Source: a bacterium
GTDB lineage: Bacteria > Bacteroidota > Ignavibacteria > UBA10030
DNA length: 47,102 bases
Assembly (NCBI GenBank): GCA_043803945.1
Contig: JAZDJN010000004.1
Span: forward strand, 1-47,102
Direction: 5' to 3'
Part shown: in pieces, positions 46,065-47,102 of the stretch
Layout of the letters: each line of letters begins with the position of its first letter
Numbering within the stretch: the stretch's first letter is position 1
The notes under the pieces: model-generated
Told to the model about the DNA's origin: nothing
The model's input: only the letters and a program-made list of their open reading frames with translations
Database searches by the model: none
Made by a program: the position numbers and the translations under genes

Positions 46065-47102
46065 ATGCCAAGATGTTGGACTTGCGGCAGGCACATCGAC
46101 GGATATCTTTACACTTGCGGAGCCTGTCGAAACATAAAAGCCACTAAGGGATTGGACCAGACCATCGAAGATGGTCTCAGGGCACTCCGAGGAACTGTTG
46201 CCTCTGGTTTTTCAGAAATAGCTTCAGTGCTAGAGTGGGGTTTTGGAGAGGTACGTTGGCAACTCCAACAGCAAACCGAGGTACTCCGAAGCATTGATCA
46301 AACATTAAGAACGCCTAGCGAGACCAAGGCGAACGAATGGCGCCTTCACGCCGAAGAACTCAGGCGAAGAGGTGTCTTAGAGGAGTCGGAAGAGTTCTTC
46401 CTCAAAGCATTTAATGAATATCGTCTAGATTACAGAATTTACATTGGGCTGGCTGAAACCTACCTTCAGATGAACAGATTTGATAAAGCAAAAATTCAGC
46501 TAGAGAAAAGTCTTCCACACGCTCCTAAGAAAGAGATCGATTACAAGAGTTACTCACACAGACTTATTGGGCACATTTATGCGTGTGATGAGGATTTTAT
46601 TCATGCGGTACAATCCCTGCATAACGCAATAGCTCTATCTCCAGACTATTCCGATGCTCTTTACGATTTCGCACAATACTCATCAATGTTGAGCGATGAG
46701 GTGGTAAATCAAATATGCTTCAATACTTTTAGTAAGTGGGGTGGGAACTGGGCCCTAAAAGACTATAATCTGGTGCGATGGTTGTGTCTGCACAAAGCCA
46801 TAGCAGAAAAACCAATGTACTTCTACCTTGCAGAACTGGAACACAATTTCGACCCCCATCGAACAAGTGTTCAATCGTCACTCAGGAACTTGGCTGATAA
46901 TGCACGCGGGAGAATTGAAACTAATCTTTCTTATATCAAGAATGTTTCCGAAGAAGTGGAAAGAGCTGTAGACGACGCACGAGAGGCATTCAATAAATCA
47001 AAAGAGAAAGGGGGATTGGAGTGCGCACGGCTTTGGAGCGATGCCAAAGATAAGTCTACGCACGCAAATGAAAAACTGAATTCACAGGACTATCTAACGC
47101 TC
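46065..47102 (+). CDS. TPR protein with N-terminal Zn-ribbon, partial (runs off window; not in ORF track)
   Basis: AAAGGAGGT RBS; MPRCWTCGRHIDGYLYTCGACR...; TPR-like IGLAETYLQMNRFDKAKIQLEKSL and AIALSPDYSDALY. Confidence 0.8.
   Translation, partial: MPRCWTCGRHIDGYLYTCGACRNIKATKGLDQTIEDGLRALRGTVASGFSEIASVLEWGFGEVRWQLQQQTEVLRSIDQTLRTPSETKANEWRLHAEELRRRGVLEESEEFFLKAFNEYRLDYRIYIGLAETYLQMNRFDKAKIQLEKSLPHAPKKEIDYKSYSHRLIGHIYACDEDFIHAVQSLHNAIALSPDYSDALYDFAQYSSMLSDEVVNQICFNTFSKWGGNWALKDYNLVRWLCLHKAIAEKPMYFYLAELEHNFDPHRTSVQSSLRNLADNARGRIETNLSYIKNVSEEVERAVDDAREAFNKSKEKGGLECARLWSDAKDKSTHANEKLNSQDYLTL

Larger units (their letters stand above)
8861..47102. mobile_element. Mosaic genomic/defence island beside tRNA-Arg (right boundary not determined)
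   Basis: Abrupt switch from housekeeping genes to TA modules, pseudogenes, defence helicases/MTase, phage-like regulators and an excisionase-like gene; no integrase or att duplication seen in the window. Confidence 0.55.

Overview
Bacterial chromosomal window, probably from an Ignavibacteriota/Bacteroidota-like (FCB group) organism, judged from a T9SS C-terminal sorting domain of the 'QNFPNPFNPSTTI' type. Bases 1-8.8 kb are core genome on the minus strand: a GT2 glycosyltransferase start, leuS, a four-gene RsbU/RsbV/RsbW-like partner-switching cluster, a TPR protein and tRNA-Arg(CCG). An unexplained, very well-formed four-way-junction structure lies at ~7.75-7.94 kb. From ~8.9 kb to the end is a mosaic accessory/defence island with no integrase visible. 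It carries three type IV (AbiE-like) TA pairs, with one toxin frameshifted, one intact and one truncated. It also carries a lipoprotein-beta-barrel fusion, a large T9SS repeat/dockerin/cohesin protein, and a 14.5 kb DISARM-related defence operon. That operon encodes a DrmD-like SNF2 helicase with a single in-frame TGA, an N6-adenine MTase, an inserted PD-(D/E)XK nuclease and an 1801-aa YprA-type helicase-DUF1998-nuclease. Further right are a phage-like CI/Cro + Cas4-like nuclease + excisionase module, an AAA/DUF4143 ATPase, DUF433/DUF5615 and HicBA TA loci, a degenerate tRNA(CAT), and cassette-like genes flanked by attC-like palindromes. Signals not explained by the ORF track include the 4-way-junction RNA candidate, a promoter-to-terminator sRNA candidate at 40.7-40.8 kb, a 36-bp inverted repeat pair 4.8 kb apart, and a CTG-initiated XRE gene. 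All family calls are from motif recognition by eye; no database searches were run.
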